NCBI RefSeq assembly: GCF_006345805.1
Contig: NC_042997.1
Coordinates: 166,222,001 to 166,286,000 of the forward strand
Direction of reading: 5' to 3'
DNA: 64,000 nt
Source: Octopus sinensis
Taxonomy: Eukaryota
Part shown: positions 37,391-51,472 of the stretch, piece after piece
Layout: every line of letters starts with the position of its first letter
How positions within the stretch are numbered: the stretch's first letter is position 1
Position numbers and translations under genes: made by a program
The notes under the pieces: generated by a model
The model's input: only the letters and a program-made list of their open reading frames with translations
The model's database searches: none
What the model was told of the DNA's origin: nothing

Positions 37391-38638
37391 TATATATATA
37401 TATATATATATATATATAATCACTGCCTTATCCTGGTAACTAGGTTCTTTGATATTTTCATGCACCAGCTTACATTTACATATTATTGCCACCATCGTAC
37501 TGCATCAATTCACCTGGCACGCCAACTCTCTTTAAATATAAGCTTGGATAAAACCTTCCATGTTTTAATCTCTGCTAAAATCTCATCCATTACTCGGATT
37601 TGCTTCATACTTAATTTTCAATAATTTCTACATTAATTTCTAATAACATTAATCTTATTTTCAATGGAAGTCACCCATCATCTATCGATTTTGTGACTCC
37701 AATACAAAACTTCAATTAACTGAAATGAATGTAATACTTTCTCTCAATTTGCCAGTTTAAAAAAAAAATACTAGGTAAGTTTTACTTCTAAGATTAACCA
37801 CCAGAGTATAGGAATATCACATTTTGAAATGGAATTTAGATTTATTACATAAATTAAATAAAATTTATTTATTTCAACATTGCACATTTTTTTAAATTCC
37901 TTCAATAAGCATTTTAAATTTGAAATCCATTTATCAAGGAAAAGATTTTAAATTATCTGGAAAACATGGCAAAAAAGTCATCAGCTCAGTGATTATTTAT
38001 TTCCAGAAATAAAACTTGAAAAAATAACAAGAAAATGAAAGAAAAATTAACGTCATGAGTATTATATTTTAAAACCAACGCACTGAGCTGCTTTAAATAT
38101 TAGGGAGAGAGAGAGAGAAAGAGACAGAGACCCCTTTAAGAGATAAAAATTCATACATCATGTTACATAAGTTTACTCTGTGGACTCATTTATAAAGAAA
38201 GTTCTATTATATCCCCCATTAAAAGAAAAAAGTAAAAAGAGGAATGTTGTACAAATTTAGTTGAACATATATATAAGTTCATTATGCTAAAGAAAAGACA
38301 TTCAAACCCAAAGTGATGACAAAATGAATAAAAAAAATTTTTTTAATTGTTACAAAAAGTTAGAGAATGTCAAAATACTATTAGTATTGGGTTGATGAGG
38401 AGGGGGGGTGTCCAAAATGACATGTGGTCAAATAAAATAAAAACAAAATAAAAGCAAACAAAAGAAGGTGCATTAGAATGAGCTATATAACATTTCTGGT
38501 ATGCACAAAATAGCTTTTTATGGAGCACATAAAAAAACGAAAATATCATTCACACGGCTTGTATCAATCAGAAGATAGGGAAGAAGATACTTGCCACGCA
38601 GTGAGATGAAACCAAGAACTCAAGATTGCAAAGCAAAC

Positions 38639-38849
38639 TTTTAATAAAATGAGAAATTGATAAAATATATAAATATATATTTATTCAACCGGTTTTCGTC
38701 ATTGTATGACTTGTCAAGAATATTTATGTTTAAAAAGTTTTTTAAAAGGTTTAAAAATTCTTAAATATTCTTGACAAGTCATACAATGACGAAAACCGGT
38801 TGAATAAATATATATTTATATATTTTATCAATTTCTCATTTTATTAAAA
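38639..38849. repeat. Perfect inverted repeat, 88-bp arms with 35-bp spacer
   Basis: 38639-38726 is the reverse complement of 38762-38849. Arms contain a decayed hammerhead-like cttgacaa-gtcatacaatgac-GAAA-accggt. Confidence 0.9.
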
Positions 38850-38942
38850 TTTTCTTTCATTTGAGCATTCTGCATTTTTTAAAATTTTTTCCTTACTTAT
38901 CATTTCTCCACATGCGGTCAACACAACCCCACCATTTATTGA

Positions 38943-38978
<36 letters not shown>

Positions 38979-39090
38979 AAATTAGTTATATACATATATA
39001 TTACGAAATTCAGTATAATATTATTATACTGAATTTTACCTGTAAGGTTGGAATAATAATTTATTCCCTAATATTATTATTATTATTAAC

Positions 39091-39121
<31 letters not shown>

Positions 39122-39129
39122 ATATATAT

Positions 39130-39392
39130 AAAACCATCAAAGAATTCATAAGTCAGAAAAAAATATGCATCCCTTAATCAAAATAGATCTATTTCAGCCA
39201 ATCTTATCAATCAGTTTTGCATTGTGTATTAGATAACAGCACTGTTATGTAACACCCATATGTTATTTAACAGTACTTATCTAACATCAAGTACAAAACT
39301 GATTAGTAATATTGACCGAAATGGATCTATAATACTGTATACTATACTATATATATATACACACACACACCTACATATATACTTACATGGTG

Positions 39393-39438
<46 letters not shown>

Positions 39439-39720
39439 ATATAAAACCATCAAAGAATTCATAAGTCAGAAAAAAATATGCATCCCTTAATCAAAATAGA
39501 TCTATTTCAGCCAATCTTATCAATCAGTTTTGCATTGTGTATTAGATAACAGCACTGTTATGTAACACCCATATGTTATTTAACAGTACTTATCTAACAT
39601 CAAGTACAAAACTGATTAGTAATATTGACCGAAATGGATCTATAATACTGTATACTATACTATATATATATACACACACACACCTACATATATACTTACA
39701 TGGTGAACATATATATATAT
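39130..39720. repeat. 313-bp-period tandem duplication bounded by (TA)n
   Basis: 39130-39395 appears identical to 39443-39708 (identical ORFs start at 39260 and 39573). Confidence 0.9.
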
Positions 39721-42700
39721 ATATATATATATGTACGTCATTTGATTTGCAATCTTTTTCCTAATCACTTCAAATTCATTAGTCCCTAAATTAATGTTTT
39801 CTCTGTGAAGTTCTAGTTGGACCCTTTCTTGAGCAGCAATAGACCATCATTATATAAAAATACTATTCACCTCAAATTAGAAGTTAATTTGTTGCTTTCA
39901 AGGTCAAAAAATATTTTTGCTTTATCAATAACTAATAACATTTTGAACAAACATTGGCAAGGTTTGTGAATAAGACAAAGATTCAACTTAACTCTGAAGA
40001 TATTTTATTTATTTATTTTTTTATCTGCAATATATGTGCAGACAATAAGGCCTACTGAGTCCATACATCAATGCAAAACTTTTCAAAGATCACCAGTAAT
40101 ATTTTTCTTTTTTTCTTTTTTCTACTATAGGCACAAGGCCTCAAATTTTGGGGAGGAGTGGGCTAGTTGATTTCATTGATTTCATCAACCCCAGGCTTTG
40201 ATTGGTACATATTTTATTGGCCCAGAAAGGTAAAGTTGACTTTAGTTGAATTTGAACTCAGAACATAAAGCCAGAGAAAATGGAAGGCCATCAGCATATT
40301 AAAAACAGAGATGATAACCAGAACTTTATCATAATGTACCTTTGAATTTGCATTTTATTCCAATTAATATCTTCTTAATAATGTTTCTATTCAGTGCCTA
40401 AAATATAAATACTAAAACACAAATCAAAATAAAAAGTAATTTAATATTACAAAGAAAACTTTCAAAGCCACAACAGCATCTAAGAAGACATCATTCCTTA
40501 ATCGATGGATGTTTAATATACAACAGTAAAAAGTACATTTTGGAATATGTTAACCCTCATCCTATCATCCTGCACACAACTTACACATCAGATCTGAGTA
40601 TCTTTTAAACAGTTTATTGTTTTGTTATTTTTGTCTTGGTATTTCAATATTTTACCAAAAATTGTTTATACTTGTTAGTCTTTGAATCACAGTATATAAA
40701 CTAGACATTATCGTTTTAATGTCTACTTATTACAAAGTAGAGGCAGTTACCACAAACTGTTATAAACACCTGAAAATTAAATTATGCTGTAACTTTACAT
40801 ACACAAACACACACACACACACACACACTACTGTATGTGTGGGTGTATAACAATGGAACATTTCCTGGCAAGGACTCAATACAAAAAAGTAGCATCAAAT
40901 TTACTTTTAAAATCATTTTGACAGGGACTTGAAGTTTCACCAGACAATTTATTCAACCGGTGATGAAAAGTTTTCTTGCTAATGTCTATAATGTATAATA
41001 AATATTAGAAAGAAAGTTTTTCACCACTGGTTAAATAAGCTGTCAGACAAAACTTGAAGACCCGGTAAAAACAATTTTATGTGTGTGTGTGTGTGTGTCT
41101 ATAGAAAGAGAGAGAGACTTTTTTACTGGTTCTGGTTCCAGCAGTAAAATGGTCCATTTAAGTGACTAATTAGAATAACAGACACAATAACAATTGTTAT
41201 ACAAAATAAAAATAAAAATAAATAACTTAATGTTGAGCTAAAGATATACTTTAAAAAATTTATAATTTTCTTTCAAATTACATACATACTGCAAGCTCAA
41301 AAAACAATTAAATATTTTTAGAAACAAGTTACTTTATTTGCAATGCAAATGTATTCAATTCTTACTTAAAATTTTAAAATAAAATAGTTCTGGTACAAAA
41401 ACAAAATGTATTTAAATCAACACTGTAATAACATACTTGCTGGTCATTCTATCACTTCCACATACAACGACAGCATTGTTTTTCTCTAGGGACCTAATCA
41501 TCCCAGGCCATTCATTGTTTGTATATGTTCCTTTATCTACTATCAGGAATATGTGGTGACATTTCATCCCACAACAAAGTATCTCAATACTTTTTCTTAT
41601 GAATAACAACTGATACTACTCCTAAAGAAACCAAAAGGCAAAGAGTAGTTGGGCTTTATAGTGTACTCTATTGTGTTCCCCATAATTATTTAATATTCAT
41701 TTTACATATTTTCACTATTTTTTATATAAACAACTTTTCTACATCCAATAATACCTCCTAGTGACAATTTCTAATTGATTTTCCAGTTATGTACTTCCAC
41801 TGGTTTGGTGGATGCCCAAAATTGTATAAATGTTGCTAACAGAATCAGTTCTGGTACATGCAAGTAAAGACTGTTTTTATGTCATTCTCATGTTAATGAG
41901 TATAGAAGAGCCAAGTCCTACAAAGGTCATACAATACAGCTAGTGCCAACTAAATAGAATTCTCACTATCTGTTGATAGATATTAAGCTAATATTGAGAG
42001 TGTTGTCAAATATATAAAATAATATGACTATAACATAATATAATATATGACGGATATTCAAGTGTTACATTCTCATTTTTTGCTTTAATTTACTTAAATC
42101 GGATAAGTTACTCTTCAGATTATTAGACTATTTTTAACTGATAGTTCCCTATAGAATATGTTGATTCTTTAAGAAATAACAAAAACAAAAATGTTAAAAT
42201 ATATATTCCTGTAGTTAATATTTAAAAAGAAAATAGGTGTAAACTCTTTTTTTTTTCTTTTTTTTTTTGTCAAGGTTTTCACATTTATGTCCAATATGAA
42301 CCAACACACCAACAGATGAATAATGTCAATGGCAAAGGCTGCAAGACTCAGCCATAAACAGAAATAACCATTATCTTACAATTATTACAAAGGTAACAGG
42401 TTTCTATGGATTGGTAGATTTATTGGAATGGTGCAAAATGAAGAGAATGATATAAACTTAGAACAATGGGTTAGCCTACATATCTATAGAATATAAATGT
42501 TCAACCTGGTGCTGTCCATCTGAATATTATCAGTTCAGAAATTCTCAAGTAGTGAAGTGACAGAAACAGTACAGTGCTAAGACTAAATGCCTTTTAGTAT
42601 TCAGTTTTACCCTTTCATATCTTAAGATCAAATCTCACTGGAGTCAGCTTTGCAACTTCAAGAACAAGACACTGTGCTGGAGTTTTGTTACTATATAAAA

Positions 42701-43277
42701 CTTCAGTAATTTGGAATCTCTATAAAGAGATACACAATTCAATGATATGTTGGAAAATATAGATATTTACTTGTAGATGCACATTATAAGTCCACTCACA
42801 GTACTGCATAGTAGGAATAATATCCATTTTCAAGGTATGATGATTATATATCATGTCAGGTAATATGAATTACTGTAGGCATTCATTTTTATTTCCTTCA
42901 ATAATTCTGGGAGGAAGGAAACAGTAAACAATAAAGATTTAATTTCAATTTTTTTTAATGTTTTATTAATATATTTTTTATGTATTTATTTATAGATATA
43001 TTTTTGTTAACTTTTGTTTTCCTGCACTACATTCCTTACTTGTCACAGATTTATGTCATCCTGTAAGAGGTGGGTGGCAGTTGATTTAGACAGACAAATA
43101 TAAAAAGAAGAAGGGAGACAGGGGCAAATAAATAAACATAAAATGCATGGAAGATGTGAGAGTTGTTAAAAAAAGAATGAGTTTTCCATGACGAAGACAG
43201 GAAAGCTGTTCAAGATAGCAGTTCCATTGGCGGCTGATAAAGGGATTAATGGATGAGATCAATTAAATGAGACAACC

Positions 43278-43342
43278 TTATTCAGATTTTAAATGTTTTG
43301 TACATTTGTGTGGAACTGCTTTCGGACAGGGTTTTGGGCCAT
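43278..43342 (-). CDS. TMX3: TMX3-like, probable last coding exon ((D)GPKPCPKAVPHKCTKHLKSE*)
   Basis: ctgttgtttttcag acceptor; phase 1 matches the upstream exon; TAA at 43278-43280. Not supported by homology. Confidence 0.65.
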
Positions 43343-44763
43343 CTGAAAAACAACAGAAACATATTTAATTGTAAGATAATGTTTATGCTTGTATGTGTAT
43401 TTGAACGTGTAAGTAGAGGAGGTATGTGTTAGATTTTGTTTTTATATGAAGTGGTAGATATATGAGAGAGGTTGTGGGTGGTGATAAATTTAGAAAAAGA
43501 ATGAAGCTGTGTATGTGTGTCAAAAGTTATATATGTTCATGAGAGACTGTATGAGTGCAAGTCTGATTTTGTATGTAATTGAGAATATGTGAGAGAGAGG
43601 TTGAAGATATCTGTAAAAGAGGTACAAAAGAAGGGTTGCAAGAATATATGAAAGATTGTACATGAAGTAAGACTGCATAAAATAATGTGTATACTTGAAA
43701 GAGAGAGAGGTTTGTAATGATGTATTAATTTATAAATGTTTATATGATCAATATTGTGTGCTTCTTGTAAGTGCTGTAGGGTCAATGTGACCTGTTAATT
43801 ACTGTTATAGTACATATATTAATGAATCTATGTATATTATATACATGTAATTGTGTGTGAGAAAATACAAACAAAACTGAAGCATTGCATAGATTAAGAA
43901 TGAAATTCATTACAAAGATAAAGATGAAGCTTATATTTGATCCATATAACAGATGCTACACTCAAAATATACACATACTCACATGCACACTTACTCTAAC
44001 ATACATACATATAGTCATACAAAGATACATACAAAACCAGCATGCTTTATAGTGTGTGATAAACTCTTCACTAATTGAGTTCATAGCCAGCTTCTGATTT
44101 CCATCATCATCAGCTTTGCATCCACTTTTCCATGCTGGCATGGGTTGGATGCATGATTATAGTCCAAGCCAGTATTTGATGTTACAGCCCTCCCAGAAGT
44201 CCTGCAGTCCCCATTTCATTTATACACTCAGTTTTACTCATATTGTTAATGATCAAGGGAAATCATGAATGTCTTCTTGTTTTCTCTACACAATAAACCT
44301 AAAGCACATACACCACTGTGAGTAATGTCATTACTCACATCAATGGTATATCAATGGTTGAGGTTTAGAAAAGTTAAGCCAACTTCCAGAGATAACAATA
44401 AGATATGTTTCAAACCTCTAATTAATTCTGTCTGAATTATCTAAGTGCCAGCTCACCTATGCAGAATAAATACTTTATCATCAACATCATCATCATTTTT
44501 ACATCAACTTTTTCATGCTGGCATAAGTCAGAATTTTGTTGAGGTGAATTTTCTATAGCTGGATACCTTTCCTGTCACCAATCCTCACTTGCTTCCAAGT
44601 AAGGTATATTTCCCCCATAACCAGGTATGTTTCACACAGAAGGTTGTGAATGAAGGACACCATTTGCATGACAATAACATTTGTCTACAACTATCACACA
44701 ATGTCAAGGCAAGAAGACGCACGAACAACACACACAAATACACGTGCACACACTCACATATAT

Positions 44764-44980
44764 ACTCTTTACTCTTTTATTTGTTTCAGTCATTTGACTG
44801 TGGCCATGCTGGAGCACTGCCTTTATTCGAGCAAATCGACCCCAGGACTTATTCTTTGTAAGCCTAGTACTTATTCTATCGGTCTCTTTAGCCAAACTGC
44901 TAAGTTACAGGGGACGTAAACACACCAGCATCAGTTGTCAAGGGATGTTGGGGGGGACAAACACAGACACACAAACATAT

Positions 44981-45052
<72 letters not shown>

Positions 45053-45222
45053 CATACATATATACGGCGGGCTTCTTTTAGTTGCCGTCTACCAAATCCA
45101 CTCACAAGGCTTTGGTCGGCCCGAGGCTATAGTAGAAGACACTTGCCCAAGATGCCACACAGTGGGACTGAACCCGGAACCATGTGGTTCGTAAGCAAGC
45201 TACTTACCACACAGCCACTCCT
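44764..45222 (-). mobile_element. SINE family A, full length, intronic
   Basis: Family A match; a second degenerate head follows at ~45230-45375. Confidence 0.9.
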
Positions 45223-45459
45223 ATGCATATATATGATAGGTTTCTTTCAGTTCCCATCAACCAAATCCACTTACAAGGCTTCTGTCAGTCCAGGGTTATA
45301 GTGGGAGTGACTTTCCAAGGTGCCATGCAGTGGGGTTGGACACAGAACTATGTGGTTGAGAAGCAAGCAACTTATTATGTACAACAAACCAATATACATG
45401 CCACTTTCATTACATAGCTCAATCAATCTATAACAGCATCGAATATAATTTTTGTTTAC

Positions 45460-45628
45460 CTTGTTTACTACGTTTATGACTGTCTTCATCTTCATCTTCA
45501 GCATCAGATAAAGCAGCTTCTTGATCAAAGGGCTCCATACAACAAATACTATAGCAAACAACACTAATAATAACTGTTGGCAGGCCAAACATCAAAAGAA
45601 ATAACCATCGTGATGCTGTCCATATGGC
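45460..45628 (-). CDS. TMX3: TMX3-like transmembrane exon (AIWTASRWLFLLMFGLPTVIISVVCYSICCMEPFDQ...EDEDEDSHKRSKQ)
   Basis: AG/GT boundaries, 169 nt, phase 0 to 1. FGLP.VIS..CY matches the TMX3 transmembrane segment, followed by an acidic tail. Confidence 0.9.
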
Positions 45629-46931
45629 CTGGAAATCGGAGAAAGTGAAAAATGAATATTTTTAATACAGGAAAAACTGGTTAAGAAATTCAGTTGGATA
45701 AAAAGAGCAAAAGGAAATAAATCCTACAAAGAAAACTCCAGGTGACTAGAATATATATAGGTTACTAAAGTAATGATTTTTAATAGCATTTTAAGACAGA
45801 GGATACTGACTGAAACACCTTAAGTCTTAAAGTAATGATTCTTTTATAATGGCTAAGCCATATAAAAAAAAAAGAAACAGACTTGTGTTTATGAATATGT
45901 CAGAATATGATGAAATTAGTAAGATAGAGTAGTGAGATTTTTCTTTTTTTGAGGCCAGTTGAGTTCCCATCTTGTTTACCATTCTCCATCAGAACCATTA
46001 CAGTTGATGTCTGCAATCTCAACCATGGTCAATAACCTTGAGAAAAGATGAGCTCTATCCATCAAATTTACCATTAACACACTATAAAGTCATCAGTGAC
46101 TCTAAACAATCTGAGTTACAGAACATGCCATCAGAAATAGATTGCAACAACCTATTTTTCTGACTATTGTGGACTTGTGTCAGAGTAAAATTTCACAATG
46201 TAAACAGTTTATGTTTTGGAAGGAATTTAGGCTGTTTTAGTATCAATGATAGTGTTGTTACTGTGCCGTGACAAGTTCACTTCACTTTCAGCTTCAAATC
46301 AACTAAATTCTTTCTAGTTGATTTCAGATGGAGTAGATAACACACTAGATATCCAGTGCTGTATTGGACAAAACAAACAACATTACTACATTACTAGCAG
46401 TGATAAACAGTGGATATATATTCAACACATCCCACTATAACTTGCATCAATACTAAATTCTTTAAAATAAACTTTTTTTTTCGCATTATATCTTTTAATG
46501 GAATTTGCTTTGAAAGAGTGTATATATGTGTGAATGAATGACAGAATGTGTGTGTATACCTTCTGTTGCACTGGCAATAATATAGAGGGTTACAGATAGT
46601 ATTGATGAGACATCAATATATTCCAACTGATGTGTCACTTCACCTACCATTGGAGGTCCCATATCTAGGCAGGAATTTGAATTGATTAAAAATACAGTAC
46701 ACAATGCTTTCAGTTGAGGTTCCGACTCTCACTAGCAACAAGACAATTTATTAAAATTATAACTATGATGAAGGCAGGTAGAGAACCTAGTTCTCTAACT
46801 ATCTATAAGTCTCAAAAATAACAAAAAAAATGAAAAAAATAAATTAGCCAAAGACAAGAAGCAGTATTGGGAATAAATACCCACTAAAAAGATTTTTTAA
46901 ATTGTTAAAAATTGAAAGAAAATGTACATAC

Positions 46932-47000
46932 CAAAACTGTTGACCATATATCATAACCGATTCTTTTTAGTCTTTGAGTAAATCCTGTACCTCCTTGGGC
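46932..47000 (-). CDS. TMX3: TMX3-like exon (AQGGTGFTQRLKRIGYDIWSTVL)
   Basis: AG/GT boundaries, 69 nt, phase 0/0. Matches the TMX3 AQGG....QRLKRI..D..ST motif. Confidence 0.93.
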
Positions 47001-47019
47001 CTACAAGAAAAATATACAG

Positions 47020-49125
47020 TAAAATTTAAATATTTGATGCAAGTATTGGAATAATAATAGATGGTTTTACAAAAAGTATTCTGCTTTAATATCCTCATTC
47101 TAAACCTTGAAACCTATCATTTGACTACTTAGCAAACAGATTAATGTCCAGAAATGGCTTTATGGTGATAAAATAGTGGGTAAAGTGAGATAGTTAGACA
47201 AAATTTCAGTGCAGACCAGGAAATAAGAAAGAATTTGAATTCTAGAGATTTGCAAATATACACTCAATTCAATGAATGCAGAAGCAATATATTCTTTCAC
47301 TCATTTCTCATTTTTTGCTTTACATGATACAAAGTTCTACAGAGTAATTATAAGAAAAGCTATTCTTCAGAATTAAATTATATATAGCTATGATAGTATT
47401 ATGATGTATGATTCATTGGAGGGTGCTGGTTTATGAAGCTTCTGATTTAGACCTTGCCTAACAGTACAATGTATTATCAATAAAATAATTCAAACAATAT
47501 AACCTTTTAAATTAAAGATTCAGTATTTTAACCAATGTCTTTTGAGCAAAATTTTAATATTTGATGAAAGTATTGGAATAATGATAGATGATTTTACAAA
47601 AAGTATTCAAATTTAATATCCTCATTCTAAACCTTGAAACCTATCATTTGACCACTTAGCAAACAAATTTATGTCCACAAGTGGCTTTATAGTGATAATA
47701 CAGTGGGTAAAGGATCTAAGTGTTGCAGAAGGTAATGAGCAATATTCAGCTTGGAGTGAGGAAAAGATTGAGAGTGTTAGGATGACAGATGAAAGATCAA
47801 TACAAACAGAAGAAAATGATTTGTTAAAGATCGCTTAAAACAGAAAAGGTTCCATAATATGTGTCAATTGCATATATGTTATTGAAACCTCTACAAATAA
47901 TGATCAGAATAGAATTAAGTTTATCTAACAGTGTTACTGAAGGAAAGAGGGTGATTAAATGCTAGGTGGTATTGCAAAGTTCAGGGTTAGATAATATGAT
48001 ATAGTTTGAAACAAAGTAATTGAAAGTTTTCAGATCTCATGTAAAGTTAAGACAGATGGAGACAGACTTGGTAGATTATGAATAAGTATTTACTCCAGTT
48101 TCACACAAAGAGAAAACACAGTAGCAACCTACATTCCATCGGTTAAAAAGCAGATGTAATGCAACATCTATACAAGTGAAAAATATTGCCTACATCAGCT
48201 GGAAGTGGTCACCTCAACTACTTCAACTTTACCAGTTTGGGGAGAGCCTATAAAGGTCATAAACACTGCCACTCCTCTTCTGATTAAATAATAAAAGCAA
48301 ATAAAAATCTCAATATGCAATCTGTGTAGAAAATGAATGGGACAAACAGATTTTGAGATTTGTATTTCTCTAAAGGAAAATATGTATAACCTTTGCTGGA
48401 ATTGTTGAATATAATTGAAGGTGATTTAGATACCTAGGATTATAGTAAAAGAGGAGTAAATTTTCAAGAAAAAAAACTTGAATTTTCTTTTCTTGTTTAC
48501 TTATAAAAATTTCAGTCCAGACAAGAAAATAAGAGAGAATCTGAATTCTAGAGATTTGCAAATATAGACTTAATTCAATGAATGCAGAAGCAAAATATTC
48601 TTTCACTCATTCTTTGCTTTACATGATACAGAGTTCTACAGAGTAATTATAAGGAAAACTATTCTTCAGAATTAAATTATGTATAACTATGATAGTATGG
48701 TTCATTAAAGATTTCTTTATTATGATCATAAGATCTAATATAGAAGGGCAATACAGGACAATACAAAACATTAATAAAGAAATACTCAGCGAGTTTTTTT
48801 CAGTTCATTTGTTTTACACAAAAATATATTGAGCTAAAAATAGATGATTTATATGATTAAAAATTTTGATTTCCTCACATTTTTTTCTAGTTGGTCTACT
48901 GTCCAATGGCTACACGCCCCCCCCCCCTCATGGTAGATTAAGTAGGGACACTCACTTCCAACTTACTTACCACATCCTTCCATCTTTTCTCATTTCTAGA
49001 CAGGTGTCTCCTCAGATTTATGAGACTTCTGATTTAGACCTTGCCTAACAGTACAATGTATTATCAACAGAATAATTCAAACAATATAACATTTTAAATT
49101 AAAGGTTCAGTATTTTAGCAAATGT
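47020..49125. repeat. Intronic local duplication with later insertions
   Basis: Blocks 47030-47175 ~ 47560-47712, 47200-47400 ~ 48505-48700 and 47432-47540 ~ 49018-49125 are highly similar and in the same order. Confidence 0.85.
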
Positions 49126-49229
49126 TTTTTAAGCTACCACTTATCAACAAGTGTTCCATCATAAGAAATTCTTTACCCCCAAATAAATAAAAGCAATAGT
49201 AGAAAATAAGAAAACTCAGCAATACTTAC

Positions 49230-49422
49230 AGTAACTTTTCCTTCAGAAACATCTATAAGAAACTGACTATACTCTGCAAGAGTAAGATCTTTGACCTCTT
49301 TCTCTGGCATATAGTAGTACTGTGACTCAGAATCATAAACAAGTAATGTTGGCATTTCAATAGTAGACATGGTGATACTATTCAATGGTTCAGAGTCATT
49401 CAAATGAGCAAACTGAAACTGA
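49230..49422 (-). CDS. TMX3: TMX3-like exon, thioredoxin-like b' domain (QFQFAHLNDSEPLNSITMSTIEMPTLLVYDSESQYYY...VSEGKVT)
   Basis: AG/GT boundaries, 193 nt, phase 2 to 0. Aligns by eye with TMX3 FQFG.M.G...N...M.....PT..V.N....QY. Confidence 0.9.
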
Positions 49423-49680
49423 CTGATAAAAGAAAAAGAGAAAATATACATAGAATTAATAGGTTTTAACTTTTTTGTGTGTGTGTGTGTGTCTGTGTTT
49501 ATATATATATATATAGTTCAGAGAATTCTTTACATCAAAATATATGTTCAAAATGATAAGGCTGGCATTTTAGATAATTTTAAACAGCGAATCCTCTCAA
49601 AAATCTAGGGCTGCATAGTATGTATGGCTATAAGCACAGATGTCAAGTTTCTGTTAGAGTAAAGATGTATATACACAGAG

Positions 49681-49880
49681 AGTGGAGGCAAATGGTTTAG
49701 TGGTTAGGGTGTTTCACTCCTGATTGTAAGATTGTGCTTTCAGTTTCTGGACAGGGTGTGTTCTTAAGCAAAACACTTCATTCCACATGACTCCGGTCCT
49801 CTCTGCTGATAAAAATGAGTAATAATGTGACAGACCTGTGTCTGGTCCAGAGGAGAATATATATGCAGTAGAATCCTGAA
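49681..49880 (+). mobile_element. Old SINE related to family D
   Basis: ggtttagtggttaggg head and gtgttcttaagcaaaacacttc...aaaaatgagtaa core, heavily diverged. A similar minus-strand relic lies at ~51290-51420. Confidence 0.55.
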
Positions 49881-51472
49881 AACTGACTTGAGAAGGATCT
49901 TTGATCCCCTTTGATATACACAGACAGTGCTCCTTAAAACTATATTCCTACATATATTGACAGCATACTAATATTTTAGAATATACAAAATTCTAACAAT
50001 TACATGCTCTATAATTGTAAATTAGATAAAAAAAAATATATAAACAGTGAGGCTTAAAAACTGTGTAGTAAGAAGTCTGCTTCTCAACCACATGGTTCCA
50101 AGTTCAGTCCCACTACATGACACCTTGGGCAAGTCACTTCTAATATAGCCTTGGGCTGACCAAAACCTCGTGAGTGGATTTGGTAGACAGAAACTGAGAG
50201 AAGCATAGTTCAGTGATATCACATGATGACAATTGGGGATAGTACTGAATAAAACTTTGTGTCAACAATATATCCTCAGTGTAGAAATAGTCTGAAAAAT
50301 GCACACACATACATACATACATATATACATACAGGGTACTTATTTTTAAATCTGGTACTAATTATATCAGTCTCTTTTGCCAAACTGATAAACCCACACA
50401 CAAATGTATGTTTTATATATATATATATAAATATATAGGGTAGCAAATATTTTTAGAAATTTCACTACCAGTGTCCTCGCATGTATAAAAAGTCAATAGA
50501 CAACATAAAAGTTTTTATTTTTTATTCCCTTTGAAAATTGTTCTTAAATGTGGTTTTGGTTGTTTTGACTGCTTCTTCTAGCATGTAAAAATACCTGTTA
50601 AAGGTAGTTTTCTCTTGTGTTTAAATGTACAGTATTTTATATATATATATAAAGTAGGTAGGTGGGTGCAGACACGGCTGTGTGGTTAAAAGCTTTACTT
50701 CCCAACTACGTGGCTTCAGTCCCACTGCATGGCACCTTACGCAAGTGTCTTCTACCATAGCTTCAGCCCAGCCAAAGTCTTTTGAATAGATTTTGTAAAG
50801 GGAAACTGAAGAAGTCCAACAAGTGTGTGCACATTTGTGTCTTCCTGTCTTGGCATAGCATGATAGTTGCAAATGAGTAACACTGTCATACAAGTGGTGT
50901 CATTTGTTTCTAGTTATCCATGGAAACATGTTCACCTTATTTGGAAACAGATGAGGGTTAGTGACAGGAAGAAAAACCACCTGTAGAAAATCTACCTCAA
51001 CAAATTCCATCTGCCTCATGCAAGCACAGAAAAGTGGACATTAAAACAATGGTGACAATATAAGTATGTATGTACACATACATGTATATATTGTATATAT
51101 GTAAGTATAGATTACATTATGGCCATCACTTAAAATCAAGAATGACTTGGTAGCTTGTATTATACTTTTGTTGATTTTTTTTCAGTTGTCAATATGGTCA
51201 TGAGCGGACAGAGACTCCCTCTTAGCCCTCCCACTATTGGCCTTCCTGCCCATAAATAATGGGACATCCAAGATGTAAACAGCTCGGGGTAAGAGAGTTG
51301 CAACAAAATATTACTACTACTCATTTCTGCTGAGTAGACTGGAACAATGTGAAATGAAGGGCTTTGTTTGACCTGATGATCATCAGCCCAACACCCTGAC
51401 CAGTAGGCCATGTGTCCACACATACACACACACATATATTAGTCATTTAACAAGTTAAATAAAATGGCTTAC

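Noticed and set aside
45271-45588. 105-aa minus-strand ORF MACQQLLL...
   Set aside because: It is an alternative frame overlapping the real TMX3 transmembrane exon and running into the intron and a SINE.
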